Part shown: positions 34,021 through 47,072 of the stretch, piece after piece | Position numbering within the stretch: position 1 is the stretch's first letter | Layout: each line of letters begins with the position of its first letter | NCBI RefSeq assembly: GCF_006345805.1 | Contig: NC_043001.1 | Span: 23,684,001-23,748,000 of the forward strand | Origin: Octopus sinensis | Taxonomy: Eukaryota | Length of the DNA: 64,000 bases | Reading direction: 5' to 3' | Position numbers and translations under genes: made by a program | Notes under the pieces: model-generated | Databases searched by the model: none | The model's input: the letters and a program-made list of their open reading frames with translations, nothing else | What the model was told of the DNA's origin: nothing

Positions 34021-34494
34021 GCTGTTGCGATCAATACTACGAGTATGTGAGAAAAATGCACGCGCAGTTTGCGCAAAAAAAGCCGGCTGGCTTGAAATAA
34101 TGCTTTAAAATGCAGTATATTTAAGAGACCCAAAAAATAAGATGCAAAAGAGATATTTTCTTCAAACTTGGCATGAAGGAAAGAAAGACTATTTGGTTTC
34201 TCAAGAAGTTTTTTTTTTTTGCCTTAACTTCATTTAACAAAACCAAAAATTTTATTGAAATAAAGGCATGCTTAATTATTTTTTAATGAAAAGAAAACAC
34301 TGATTGCTTTTTATTCAGCAGATATGATTCAGCACTATTCATTGGACAGGAGGGCGTTTTGCTTGTATATACTGGAGATATGCTGTGACTGCAAGACCTG
34401 ACAAATCATGTGAGTTCATGGCTGTTTTCTGCACCAGTTTCACATAGCCCCAGCCCATCCAAAGTATCATGGATTGCAGAACGACCTGCTGTGC

Positions 34495-34866
34495 TTACCT
34501 TGGATCGTAGGGTGACCTGCTATGCTTGAGGAGACCTATTGAGTCAAGTACATCAACATCAAAATAAAAATCAAATGGAAATTGTAGTTGTGATACCTGT
34601 GCTGGTGGCACATAAAAAGCACCATCCGAACATGGCCAATGCCAGCACTGCCTTGACTGGCTTCTGTGCTGGTGGCATATAAAAAGCACCCACTGCACTC
34701 ACGGAGTGGTTAGCATTAGGAAGGGCATCCAGCTGTAGAAACACTGCCAGATCAGACTGGAGCCTGGTGCAGCCTTCTGGCTTCCCACCCCTCGTTGAAC
34801 CGTCCAACCCATGCTAGCATGGAAAACGGATGTTAAATGATAATGATGATGATGATGATGATGATA
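34495..34866 (+). mobile_element. RTE LINE 3' UTR copy
   Basis: Family consensus with (GAT)n tail. Confidence 0.85.
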
Positions 34867-35552
34867 CATATATATATAAAAATGTTTGTGTGTGTATGTG
34901 TATGATTGTTACTGTTTCCTTACCTTTATATAATGTGATAGCTGTAAATGAATGTCACCCTCACGTAAGTGGTACCGTTCATTTCTAATCTTCAATGAAG
35001 ACATATCTGGTCATGGGAAGATATTACTTTACTTGGAAACAGGTGAGGTTTGTCAACAGGAAGGGTATTAAGCTGAAGAAAATCTGCGTCAACAAATTCT
35101 ATGAGCATAGAAAAGTGGACACTAAAACAATGGTAATGATGATGACATATGCATAAAAATACAGAAATACACGTGCACACACATGCACACTTACATACAC
35201 ACATGTACACATACACATGCACACATACACTTAACATATATATGACAATGAATAAATACTATAATCTAAGGAAATCACCTCAGCCTATTATCAGTGAGTG
35301 TTTTGGTGTACAATACACACAAATGTTAGGTTACAGGTTTCTTAAAGTTCAATATTCTTTTTTACTCTAGCCACAAGGCCCAAAGTTTTTGGGGAGGGAA
35401 GGCCAGTTGATTAGATTGACCCCAGTATGCAACTGGTACTTAATTTATTGACACTAAAAGGATGAAAGGCAAAGTTGACCTCAGCGGAATTTGAACTCGG
35501 AACGTAAAGGCAGACAAATTACCAAGAATTTTGCCTGGCGTGCTAACATGCT

Positions 35553-36118
35553 CACATCAGCCATATTCCTACCACTCTATGTCACGCTGGTGAGACCCAT
35601 ATTGGAGTATGGGATTCAGGCCTCTTCTCCTTATCTCCTCAAAGACATACAGCATCTCGAAAGAGTCCAGAGGCTGGCTACCCGCATGGTTCATGGTCTC
35701 AAAAATTTGTCCTACGAAGAAAGGCTGAGGACGCTCGACCTTTATTCTCTTGAAAAACGCCGCCGCCGTGGTGATCTCATTCTCGCCCACAACATTATAA
35801 GCGGAAAGTGTAACCTCTCGAAAGAGCTGTTCTTCACTCCTGCTCCAGAGCGTCGGCTGCGGGGTCATTCCGAAAAGCTCTACCTGCGATGATTTCATCT
35901 CAATCGAAGGAGAGGAGCTTTCTCCGTCCGGGTTGCGGATCCGAGGAACAAGCTGCCAGACGAGATGGTGAAGATGCCGATGACCGCTTTGTTCAAAGCC
36001 TCCCTGGACCTCAAGTGGCCTGAACTCTTTACATGAACACCACCCTGTACTTAACTCCATGTCCCCCTACATGGCCTTGCTATTTGCTTTTGAGCCAAAT
36101 TAACTAACTAACTAACAT
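35553..36118 (+). mobile_element. 5'-truncated CR1-clade LINE inserted in a SINE A head
   Basis: LYVTLVRPILEYGIQ..LERVQRLATRMV..LSYEERL..SLEKRRRRGDLI; (CTAA)n tail; SINE A sequence resumes at about 36117. Confidence 0.9.
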
Positions 36119-36443
36119 TTCTGCCAGCTTGCTGCCTTCTCAAAGTTCAATATTGAATAAGCAAAGTCAGGTCATAATGTCACTTTGCAGTTCATCTGAC
36201 TTCAGTTCCTGTATATCCCTTGTGGAATACAGTTGTGTATAGTGATTTCATATTTCCTCAAAGTTTTGTGTAAAAAATCTCCTCCAGAAACACTCCATTA
36301 TGAAAAATAAAAAAAGGAAAAAGAAAAAAATTTATTGAAGTTATTAAGAAGACAACTGCAATATAGGAAGAGAATTTTGTGTTTTGAAGAAAGATATCAA
36401 ACAAACTTTAGACAATGACATATATATACTTCTGCAAATCAAA

Positions 36444-36813
36444 ATCAAAATCGAAATCGAACAACATCAATGGAAATTGTAGCTGTGATACCAGTGCTGG
36501 TGGCATGTAAGAGAACCATCTGAACGTGGCCGTTGCCAGTGCTGCCCCGACTGGCCTCCGTGCCAGTGGCACGTAAAAAGCACCATACGATCATGGCCAT
36601 TTGCTAGCCTCGTCTGGAACCTGTGCCGGTGGCATGTAAAAAGCACCCATTACACTCATGGAGTGGTTGGCGTTAGGAAGGGCATCCAGCCGTAGAAACA
36701 TTGCCAAATCAGACTGGGCCTGGTGCAGCCTTCTGGCTTCCCAGATCCCAGTTGAACCGTCCAACTCATGCTAGCATGGAAAGCGGACACTTAACGATGA
36801 TGATGATGATGAT
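36444..36813 (+). mobile_element. RTE LINE 3' UTR copy
   Basis: Near-complete UTR matching 18300-18687. Confidence 0.85.
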
Positions 36814-36949
36814 GCAAGGCACAATGGATGAGGGTGGATGTGGTAAAAGGACGAAAGAAGTTTGGAACTTACAATCTGGCAGGCTATGAAAGGAAATCAC
36901 ATAGCTTAATTTCCTGGCAGGCACACCACTGTTTTGCAGCCATTAAATG

Positions 36950-37180
36950 TTAATATCAAGAAATCATTTAAGGACACGAGAATCAAGTAGGATAACTGGA
37001 TGCGTAATGGAGAGAAGAATATGCATAAAAGGAAGCAGCATGCAGGCTCCATCCCTGTCTCCAGTCTGTGAATGGATCATTGATTTATGGAAGGAAATAA
37101 AAACTGACATGATAATCAAATAATTGAAGAAATGTGGGATTTTGAATGCATACAGAAGGTGATTGTCTGTTGGATGACAT
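36950..37180 (+). mobile_element. Decayed pogo/Tigger-type transposase C-terminus
   Basis: NIKKSFKD..*DNWM and VCEWIIDLWKEIKTDMIIK*LKKCGILNA resemble the pogo DDE C-terminal consensus. Confidence 0.5.
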
Positions 37181-38461
37181 GTCTAAAGAAGAAGTGGATG
37201 ATGCGCTGCTTGTAACTATAGACAGCAGAGATGAAGATAATCCTTATTGTGATATTAAATCTTATAAATATGAAGCTTTATTCAGTGCTGTAAATGATAA
37301 AGAGTGTAATTTAACAAGATTTTAACGAACTGTTGTGCTTGAAATGTTTAAGATGTACCATGCAATTGTAATTTAAAACTATTAAATTTCTGCTTTACTT
37401 TTTATATGCATAAATTAAAGTTTACTCGTTAATTTTGTTTCAATTGTTATTATTTACTTTTATGTTTTATATTTTATGACCTTAAGCTGCAATGATTTTA
37501 TTATAATTAAAAATTCAACAAAGAAAATGGACATCCCTAACCCAGGCAGGAAGGAAAAGAAAACATTTTCTGTGGAGATTGTATCAATTTTGGCATTTAA
37601 ACATGAAGGAACATTGAAATCCTAAAGGTGCATTGAAGCTTTAAGGCATATTAATTAGTAATTATGATGCAGCACAGATATGCTGTAACTCTGATGCAAG
37701 TGATTTTATCCACAATTATGAAAATAAGGTGATTAGAGAGTTGCGATGTGAAACACATGAAGCAAGTGATGTTATGCAAGCCACCAGCTGAGCAGATATC
37801 AGCCACATGCATTCTATTACAGTAAGTTTGTGGTAATAATTATACAATAATTCTGAGGTATAAGTTTGTAGCGAATCTTGCATGCATGATGTGGATTTGA
37901 TCCACCATAGCCAAATTTAAATCAACACTGCTACAGAACTTTCCCACGATGACGGAACAATGGTTTTTTTCTCTGACAGCAGTTATTACATTTTCCAGAT
38001 GCCTTTAACTAGGCCGAAATTAATGTCTTCATCACTTGACCCTATCTAACCTCTTCTACTTCACCAAAAGCTAGAACAAGAGATAACGAGACCACCAACT
38101 AAATCTATTGTTCTCAACGATATATCTATCCTTCTGGATCTTAATATAAACAAGCACATCCCAAACAAAAATCAGTTAGTCACCAACTGGTGACGACTCA
38201 ATGAGGTCTGGCTGACCGACCGTGGTCAGAGGGAGAAAGCAACTGTGAGACAACACTCTTTAACTCTCTCTAGCTCTAATTCTGTTCTCTCACAACATCA
38301 TTCTATCTGTCTCAGCAATTACTACTAAACTATGAAGAGGACACAAACATTATACTGCAACAAACTTTCTTTTGCATGCTTTTGGGATTTATCAACCTGC
38401 CCGTCGAGGCAAGGTATTTGTAATGTAACAGTAAATAAATAACTTTCTGAAAACTTTATGC

Positions 38462-38876
38462 GGATCTTTTCGGCTTGAACGGCAGTTTTTTCTTGCGGTG
38501 TCATATGAAATTATCACTCATAATTATGACCCTAGTATCGATCTATTGCATTTCAATCTGTTTTAGGGTTAGGGTTAGGGGTGGGGGGAAGGGTATCTTT
38601 TTTCTTCACAAATGTAAATAAATCCAATCTGTTTCTTAAATGAGGGACATATTCATATGGCACAGAATGTTTTCACCTCAATAGACGTCATTGATTGGTT
38701 GAAATTGCAGAAATTGAAGAAAAAAAACAACAAATATCTTACAAACTATGGAATTTTCTCAATAAAGTCAAGAGAAAAAGATGTTTTATAAACACATTCT
38801 ACCAGTATACGAAGTTTAATAGTGTTTAGTTGCGTGGAAATTATATTAAAAACTGCCGTTCAAACCGAAAAGATCC
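38462..38876. mobile_element. 415-bp TIR element with 8-bp TSD and (TTAGGG)3 core (Merlin-like?)
   Basis: TSD CTTTATGC (38454-38461, 38877-38884); TIR GGATCTTTTCGG(C/T)TTGAACGGCAGTTTTT; (TTAGGG)3 at 38563-38580. Confidence 0.85.
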
Positions 38877-39336
38877 CTTTATGCACTTTGTTCTTACACA
38901 TTTTTACAACTTGCTGTTTTAATAACAAACTCTTATCGTCACAACTGCTGACTCCAACATTTCGCCAATAATAATGTTTACCTAATCAATCTCTACTGTT
39001 ACAATTGGTAACTGTACCAAATCAATCTTAGCCGTTACAAGTTGATTTCATTAAGTTAGTTCATTTAATGTGATGGGTAGAGGTAAAATAGGAAGTGTAA
39101 ATTTTTATAAGTGCCACGTGGTTTATGTGAGGTTGTTGTTGTGAGGTCATATGTTTTGAAGCATAAAATTGGTATAATTACTATAATTCGTTGTGTTTCA
39201 TTTAGAAGTCATTTGAGATTCTGCTATGATAGGAATCTAGCATGAATTTCAGCCCCTCAAAGTAACATCCATGTTATAGCTGATCCCCATAAATTTTGAC
39301 TAAAAAAAATGGTCTAAAAAATTTGTTTTTTACATT

Positions 39337-40028
39337 GGCCAATGCCAGCGCCGCCGTGACTGGCTTCCATGCCAGTGACACGTAAAAAGCACCAACTGTT
39401 CGTGGCCATTGCCAGCCTACCCTGGCACCTGTGCCAGTGGCATCTAAAAAGCACCATCCGTACGTGGCCAATGCCAGCGCCGCCTTGACTGGCTACCGTG
39501 CTGGTGGTACATAAAAAGCACCAACCGATCGTGACCATTGCCAGCCTCCCCTGGCACCTGTGCTGGTGGCACGTAAAAAGCACCCACTACACTCATGGTA
39601 TGGTTGGTGTTAGGAAGGACATCCAGCTGTAGAAACACTGCTAGATCAGACTGGAGTCTGGTGCAGCCTCCTGGCTTCACAGACCCTGGTCGAACCGTCC
39701 AACCCATGCTAGCATGGAAAACGGACGTTAAACGATGATGATGATGATTGATACATACATTATATTGTGCTTGAGAAGATGACCCATCAAGCCAAGTAAA
39801 ATCTCAGCCATGACAGATACTGGTATCACACAAATGGCACTCATGCTGGTGGCATGTAAAAGCACCCATTACACTGTCAGAGTGGTTGGCGTTAGGATAG
39901 GGCATCCAGCCATAGAAACTATGCCAAATCAGACTGGAGTCTGGTGCAGCCTTCCAGCACTTGCCAGCCCTGGTGAAACCATCCAACCCATGCCAGCATG
40001 GACAGCAGACATTGAACGATGATGATGA
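39337..40028 (+). mobile_element. Two tandem RTE 3' tails (39337-39747, 39787-40028)
   Basis: First copy carries four hairpin subrepeats; both end in (GAT)n. Confidence 0.85.
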
Positions 40029-41047
40029 GTATCTTGGAAATATGGATATAAGTTTTAAACTATTACTTGATAAACTTATGTAGAGGGACCTAACTTTTGT
40101 TGAAAATTGTATATCTTGTCAATTTGGAAGAAACATTATTTTGTGTTAAAAGTTATTGTAAGAATTAGCAAATGTTGGAACAGGAATTAGAGTAAAAACT
40201 TAAGTAATGTAACATGGTTTGAGGTCCCTTTTCATTATGCAGTACATTGGACAGATACCTTCCATTGTACATTGTTGTGGAATTTGGTAAATAGAAACTG
40301 TGCCAAAGCTCATTGTTTGTATGTATGCATGTGTATGTATGTGTGTGTGTGTGTGTGTGCACATATGTGTTTGTGTGTGCATGTATGTGTTTGTGTGTGC
40401 ACGTGTGTGAATGCATGTGTTTGTGTGTGCATGTATGTATTTGTGTGTGTGTATGTGTGCGTCTGTGGACATGGGTGTGTGCTTAAAAAGTTGTTATAGC
40501 AACCACATAATTTCCAATTCAGACCTACTGGATGGCACTCTGGGTAAGTGTCTTCTACTATAAACAGTGAATTGATCAACACCTTGTAGGGTATATTGAT
40601 AAATGGAGAATGTAGGAAACCTCTTGTACATCATCACCATCATCATTTAATGTCCATACCTCTTCTCTTTATGGATCTGCTGTGTTGAAGAACTCATCAG
40701 ACTTACTTATTGGCATATTTCCAGTGGAGTTGGGAAAACACATTGTCTTTATGCCAGAAAATGACATGAAACTCAAAGAATTTATATTGAAGAGTATACA
40801 TCAAATTTGTCCCAGGAAAAGGAGCCAAAACACACAAAAAAGACAGCAAGAAGTTCTATCTCAAGATGGCACTTCCACAGATTGGAAGTAAACTCATCCT
40901 CTCACAAAAATGAAAGGGAATATAGAGAAACCAGGGCAAGTTGTTGAAGGCCTTAAGGCTAATTTGCAGAAGAATCTGCTTCAGTACATTACAAGATGAA
41001 GCCACTATTTGAAGAAAATGGTTCACTGACTGTGGACCTCATAGTTC

Positions 41048-41048
41048 C

Positions 41049-41086
<38 letters not shown>

Positions 41087-41104
41087 TGATGATAATGATG
41101 ATGG

Positions 41105-41153
<49 letters not shown>

Positions 41154-41192
41154 AACAACAACAACAACTATAATGATAATAACAACAACAAC
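41048..41192. repeat. Compound (AAT)n(GAT)n(AAC)n microsatellite
   Basis: Direct inspection. Confidence 0.95.
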
Positions 41193-41194
41193 AT

Positions 41195-41375
41195 TGAAAA
41201 AATACCTCAGGAATGACAACCCAGGTTTGAAATTTCCCCAAGACACCTGATGAAGGCTGGAGGGTATATCAGTTGAAACATTGTGTTAACAACAAACAAG
41301 ATGAGGACAAATATCTGTCAATTGTAAATAATATAAATAATGTTCATAAGTCCTCATCTCTTAAATATAGAACTG
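41195..41375 (+). mobile_element. Penelope-type terminal-repeat fragment with hammerhead motif (41242-41287)
   Basis: GACAC CTGATGA A GGCTG-GAGGGTATAT-CAGTT GAA ACAT T GTGTT. Confidence 0.6.
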
Positions 41376-42062
41376 TTTGACAACTGATGTTGGTGTGTTT
41401 ATGTTCCCTGTAACTTAGTGGTTTGACATAAGAGACTGATAAAAAAAAACGTATCAGGATTAATAATTAATGTGGTTGATTCATTTGATTAAAATTCCTC
41501 AAGGTAGTGCCCCAGCTTGGCCACAGCCTAATGACTGAAGCAAGTAAAATATAAAAGACAGATGAAGAAAACAGACGTTGATTAAACATCTTTATGCTTT
41601 TCTAGAAAGATGGATGGATCCTCTTGCCATGATATAAATAACTGATATAGAAGCTACTAATGGCTTCTAACGAATTGAATAGATTATTAAATATTACATG
41701 AGTCCGAGTCTGAGAAAGAAGATAAATTATATATCGCAATAATATAACATATCTCTTATACTATCAGCTGATATTTAAAAAACAAAATGTTTTACATTTA
41801 TTTATTTATTTTTTTTGTTCTTACATGGGTAGGGTGGCCTTTGTAAATTCATGGTTTGCATATTGTCTAAGCAGTTTCTTTTTACTGTTGAATAACCTTT
41901 ATACTGATAATTGTGGAGGCGCAATGGCCCAGTGAATTTGTCCTTTTGATAGTGTTTATATTACAGTGATTACGATCAGATGACCTATTTGATTTCTGTA
42001 AAGTTTGTTTCCAACAAAATTTAGGCGAATATTTAGTCTCATAGAGCATTATTCTGTAAACA

Positions 42063-42444
42063 GGAGGCGCAATGGTCCAGTGGTTAGGGCAGCGGACTCG
42101 CGGTCATAGGATCGCGGTTTCGATTCCCAGACCGGGCGTTGTGAGTGTTTATTGAGCAAAAACACCTAAAGCTCCATGAGGCTCCGGCAGGGGATGGTGG
42201 TGATCCCTGCTGTACTCTTTCACCACAACTTTCTCTCACTCTTACTTCCTGTTTCTGTTGTACCTGTATTTCAAAGGGCCGGCCTTGACACTCTCTGTGT
42301 CACGCTGAATATCCCCGAGAACTACGTTAAGGGTACACGTGTCTGTGGAGTGCTCAGCCACTTACACGTTAATTTCACGAGCAGGCTGTTCCGTTGATTC
42401 GAATCAACCGGAACCCTCGTTGTCGTAACCGACGGAGTGCTTCC
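42063..42444 (+). mobile_element. tRNA-derived SINE (GGAGGCGCAATGG head) with 12-bp TSD
   Basis: A- and B-box-like motifs; TSD ATACTGATAATT at 41901-41912 and 42445-42456. Confidence 0.85.
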
Positions 42445-42629
42445 ATACTGATAATTATTCAGTCATAAAATATATGGAATTTAACCATAAAGTATTTGGA
42501 AGAATGAAGCAAGCAGAGTGGTGTCATCCGTTTAACCCTTTTGTTACCATATTTCTAGCCAAAATGTCTTTTCTAACATAATTATAAGTTTAGTCTGGTT
42601 TCATTAAACAACTCTAACTTTTTTATTTA

Positions 42630-43027
42630 CTCTCTCTTTTACTCTTTTACTTGTTTCAGTCATTTGACTGTGGCCATGCTGGAGCACCGCCTTTAATTGA
42701 GCAAATTGACCCCAGGACTTATTCTTTGTAAGCCTAGTACTGGTTCTATCGGGCTCCTTTGCCGAACCACTATGTTACAGGGACATGAACACACCAGCAT
42801 TGGTTTTCAAGTGATGTTGGGGTGGGGGGGACAAATACAGAGATGCAAACATATACACACACATACATTATATACATATACATATACATATATACGATGG
42901 GCTTCTTTCAGTTTCCGTCTACCAAATTCATTCACAAGGCTTTGGTTGGCCCAAGGCTATAGTAGAAGACACTTGCCCAAGGTGCCATGCAGTGGAACTG
43001 AACCCGGAACCATGTGGTTGGTAAGCA
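42630..43027 (-). mobile_element. SINE family B
   Basis: Reverse complement of the family B consensus. Confidence 0.85.
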
Positions 43028-43419
43028 ACATATCAATGTGAATTTAATATATCAACATATTAATGTGAATTTTGGAAGATAATTTAACAAAAGGTTCTCA
43101 ACCAATTCTATACCATAATTTTTGTCACAAAGTGACTCTAATTACAGGTAAATACAGGTAAATTCAACAAAATATAAAATTATTAAAATTTTTGTTCAAA
43201 CATCACTATAGAAAATGGGTTATTAGCTAATATTCAATTGGGTATACAACAAGATTTTTCTATAGAAGAGTTGTGCACATTACTGGATTCATCAGGTGAA
43301 TTTAAACACACAAAAGACAGGTGTACCATGAAGGTATAAGTAAAACGAAAGACTGGAATTTGTCTATGAAGAAAACTAGAAAACAAAATACACACACACA
43401 CTATCCACTAGATTAATCT

Positions 43420-43745
43420 TTAGTCAAACTTAATCATCACTATCGTTGTCATCATTGTCATCATTATCATCATTGTCATCATTATCATCATTGTCATAAT
43501 TTTATGTCCATTTTTCCACGATTGCATGGGTTGGATGAATCTTCTCCAGTGCAGTATCTCTTTGTTTTTTTGCAGTTCCTTGTCACCCTCTTCAAGTTCT
43601 GTATTCAGAGGATCAGCCTTCACAACTTCCCATGTCTTTCTTGATGTTTCTCTCCTCTGCATGATTCTTCCTTTTGGATTGCTTGGCACTTCTTTGTTTA
43701 TGATTGGCTTTCATTCCTTGTTGGTTGGCATATTGCAGAAACTGT
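43420..43745 (-). mobile_element. Old RTE-like 3' fragment with (ATG/ACA)n tail
   Basis: GRIMQRRETSRKTWEVVKAD..HWRRFIQP resembles an RTE C-terminus. Confidence 0.5.
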
Positions 43746-43754
43746 AACTTAAAG

Positions 43755-44666
43755 GTGGCTAGCTGGCAGAAACGTTAGCACGCTGGGTGAAATGCTTAGC
43801 GGTATTTCGTCTGTCGCTACATTCTGAGTTCAAATTCTGCCAAGGTCGACTTTGCCTTTCATCCTTTTTGGGCCCATTAAATAAGTACCAGTTACACACT
43901 GGTTGATGTAATCGACTTATCCATTTGTCTGTCCTGTTTGTCCTCTCTATGTTTAGCCCCTTGTGGTAGTAGAAATAGGTATTTCGTCTGCCGCTACATT
44001 CTGAGTTCAAATTCTGCCAGGTCGACTTGCCATCCTTTTTGGGCCATTAAAATACCAGTTACCACTGGTTGATGTATCGACTTAATCAATTTGTCTGTCC
44101 TTGTTGTCCTCTCTATGTTTAGCCCCTTGTGGGTAGTGAAATAGGTAATGCCGCTACATCTGAGTTAATTCTGCCAAGGTCGACTTTGCCTTTCATCCTG
44201 GCCATTAAATATAGTACACACTGTTGATGTAAGACTTAATCCATTTGTCTGTCCTTGTTGTCCTCTCTATGTTAGCCCCTTGTGGGTAGTAAAGAAATAG
44301 GTATTTCGTCTGCCGCTACATTCTGAGTTCAAATTCTGCCAAGGTCGACTTTGCCTTTCATCCTTTTTGGGCCCATTAAATAAGTACCAGTTACACACTG
44401 GTTGATGTAATCGACTTAATCCATTTGTCTGTCCTTGTTTGTCCTCTCTATGTTTAGCCCCTTGTGGGTAGTAAAGAAATAGGTATTTCGTCTGCCGCTA
44501 CATTCTGAGTTCAAATTCCACCAAGGTTGACTTTGCTCTTCATCCTTTCGGGGTCGATAAATTAAGTACCAGTAATGCTCTGGGTTCGATGTAATCGACT
44601 TAATCCCTTTGTCTGTCCTTGTTTGTCCCCTCTATGTTTAGCCCCTTGTGGGTAATAAAGAAATAA
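43755..44666 (+). repeat. Tandem array of five SINE A bodies (period about 156-184 bp)
   Basis: Units start at GGTA(TTTC) at 43801, 43978, 44144, 44300 and 44482. Confidence 0.9.
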
Positions 44667-44937
44667 GAAGCAGTAACTTAATCATCTCTGTTGTGCCTGG
44701 GCTGTTTCCAGAAGCGAGCACCTAGACCCAAGTGCACTTCCCAGCTCTCCACTCATGTATATGCCACAAAGGAAAGACAAGTCAATATATTCACAGCATC
44801 CATGGAGCTGCGGGGGATGCCAGATATGGAAGGGGTTAACACCCATAATTTTTTTAAATGCTCAATTAATTACCCAACAAAACAGCTGGGGTTTATTATT
44901 ATAGTGGGCATGATTTGGGCAGAATCAGTCCCACTCT

Positions 44938-45152
44938 AAAGTGGCGAGCTGGCAGAAACATTAGCATGCCGGGCGAAATGCTTAGCAGTATTTTGTCTGT
45001 CTTTACGTTCTGAGTTCAAATTCCACTGAGGTCGACTTTGCCTTCCATCCTTTTGGGGTCGATAAACTACGTACCGGTTCCTTACTGGGGTTGATCTAAT
45101 TGTCTGGCCCCCCCTCCCCAAAATTTTGGGCCTTGTGCCTAGAGTAGAAAAG

Positions 45153-45155
<3 letters not shown>
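44938..45155 (+). mobile_element. SINE family A variant with alternative tail (GGCCCCCTCCCC...GTGCCTAGAGTAGAAAAGA)
   Basis: Shares head and central domain with family A, has a different 3' end. Confidence 0.8.
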
Positions 45156-45185
<30 letters not shown>

Positions 45186-45787
45186 GAGTGAAAGAGCAGC
45201 ACATACCTCCTCCTCCTCTCCTCTTCCTCACCTCCCCTTCTCTTCATCCCCCTCCTCTTCACCCCTCCACCCCTCCTCTTCATAACCCCCCTCCTCTTCA
45301 CCACACCCTCCCCTCATCACTCCTCCTCACCCCTACCCCTGAGTACTATTGATAGTATGATGCTGCATTTCATATTTTACCGCAATGAAGTGGGTTAATG
45401 GAAAAAAGACATAGCTTTTCCTTATTAGGAAGCAACTTACCTTTGTCTATTCTATAATCATTTTAATGGTTTCTGCTTTTTTTCAATTTACTAGCTTTAT
45501 GTAACCCCACCAAAAACTTGCTTTTTGCTCTTCACTTCTATCAAATAGAAATTATTTATAATTCTGACACTTATGATGTAATTATTCTTCAGGGGAATGA
45601 CAGCTAAATAAGACTGTCAATATAGTGCCAATTTATGAGAGAATAACAGTGCTTTAGTTATTTATTGACTACCTTATGCCAATGTCCTCTGTATTATGAA
45701 AGGGTTGCATTCATGAAAATTTTGCTGTATATATTTATTTATTTTATTTTATCTAGTTTCAGCTCACGAGCTGTGGCCATGCTGGGG

Positions 45788-45830
<43 letters not shown>

Positions 45831-45886
45831 CACAGTAACTTCCCTTTGTATAACGGTCTTTTTTCATAGCATTTTTCTGATGGCCG

Positions 45887-45947
45887 GATAACTGAAGAGA
45901 TGGTGGCGTGGATTTCCACCTCTGCATCCGAAACTCGGAGTTTTATC
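45887..45947 (+). ncRNA. Type I hammerhead ribozyme motif
   Basis: GATAA CTGAAGA GATG-GTGG-loop-CCAC-bulge-CATC C GAA ACTCGGAGT T TTATC. Confidence 0.6.
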
Positions 45948-45980
45948 TTGGCTACCGAATAATTGTCACATATTACATTT

Positions 45981-46060
<80 letters not shown>

Positions 46061-46171
46061 AAAGTAAAAAAATATACAAACTGGGACAAGAACGTGAAAC
46101 ATTTAGAAGACGACACAAAAAACACGCACGGGACATTCGAAGCCCTCAATCATCAGTCAAGAACCGGATCA

Positions 46172-46209
<38 letters not shown>

Positions 46210-46660
46210 AGTATGTGTGTGTATACATTTGTGTGTCTGTGGTTGTCCTCCCAACATCGCTTGGTTGTCCTCCCAACATTGTTTGAGTACTAGTGTTGAT
46301 GTGTCTACATCTCTGTAACTTAGTGATTTGGCAAAAGGGACCTATAGAATAGGCACTAGGCTTTAAAAAAAGCTCTTCAAGGTGGTGCCCCAGCATGGCC
46401 ACAGTCTAGTGACCGAAACAAGTAAAAAATAAAAAGATAAAAAAATAAAAGAATGTAAACCCTACTGAAACCCCCCTTTAACTATGTTGTCGTTATTGTT
46501 ATCTTTATGTAACCCTTACTGAATAGTCCTAAGGCACATAAGTAACCAGCTGGATGATTGAGGCATGGCCCACAAACCTGTTCTTCCCAGTCATACCATG
46601 TCTCCGTTAGGCTGAAGAATCTCTACATCTTCTCCAGAAGCATTGCCTTGCAGCGCTCTC

Positions 46661-47072
46661 TTTACTTGTTTCAGTCATGTGACTGTGGCCATGCTGGAGC
46701 ACCGCCTTTAGTTGAGCAATTCGACCCTAGGACTTATTCTTTGGAAGCCTAGTGCCTATTCTATCAGTCTCTTTTGCTGAACCGCTGAGTTACAGGGATG
46801 TAAACACACCACCATCAGTTGTCAAGCGATGTCGGGGGGGGGGGACAAACACAGACACACAAACACACACACACATACACACACACACACACACACACAT
46901 ATATACATATATACGACAGGCTTGTTTCAGTTTCCGTCTACCAAATCCACTCACAAGGCTTTGGTCGGCCCGAGGCTATAGTAGAAGACACTTGCCTAAG
47001 GTGCCACACAATGGGAATGAACCCGGAACCATGTAGTTGGTAAGCAAGCTACTTACCACACAGCCACTCCTG
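46661..47072 (-). mobile_element. SINE family B, full length
   Basis: Reverse complement of the family B consensus. Confidence 0.85.

Noticed and set aside
38563-38580. (TTAGGG)3 as a telomere or chromosome-fusion scar
   Set aside because: Only three units, internal to a TIR element with a TSD
42063-42140. tRNA-like sequences at the heads of SINEs (also 53850-53927 and families A/B)
   Set aside because: No complete cloverleaf; they continue into SINE bodies
43801-44666. Regularly spaced repeats as a CRISPR-like array
   Set aside because: Whole units are repeated with no unique spacers; eukaryotic SINE sequence
46125-46160. CTGATGA...GAA on the - strand as a hammerhead
   Set aside because: GAA is followed by TGTCCC; no A15.1-U16.1 pair and no stem I
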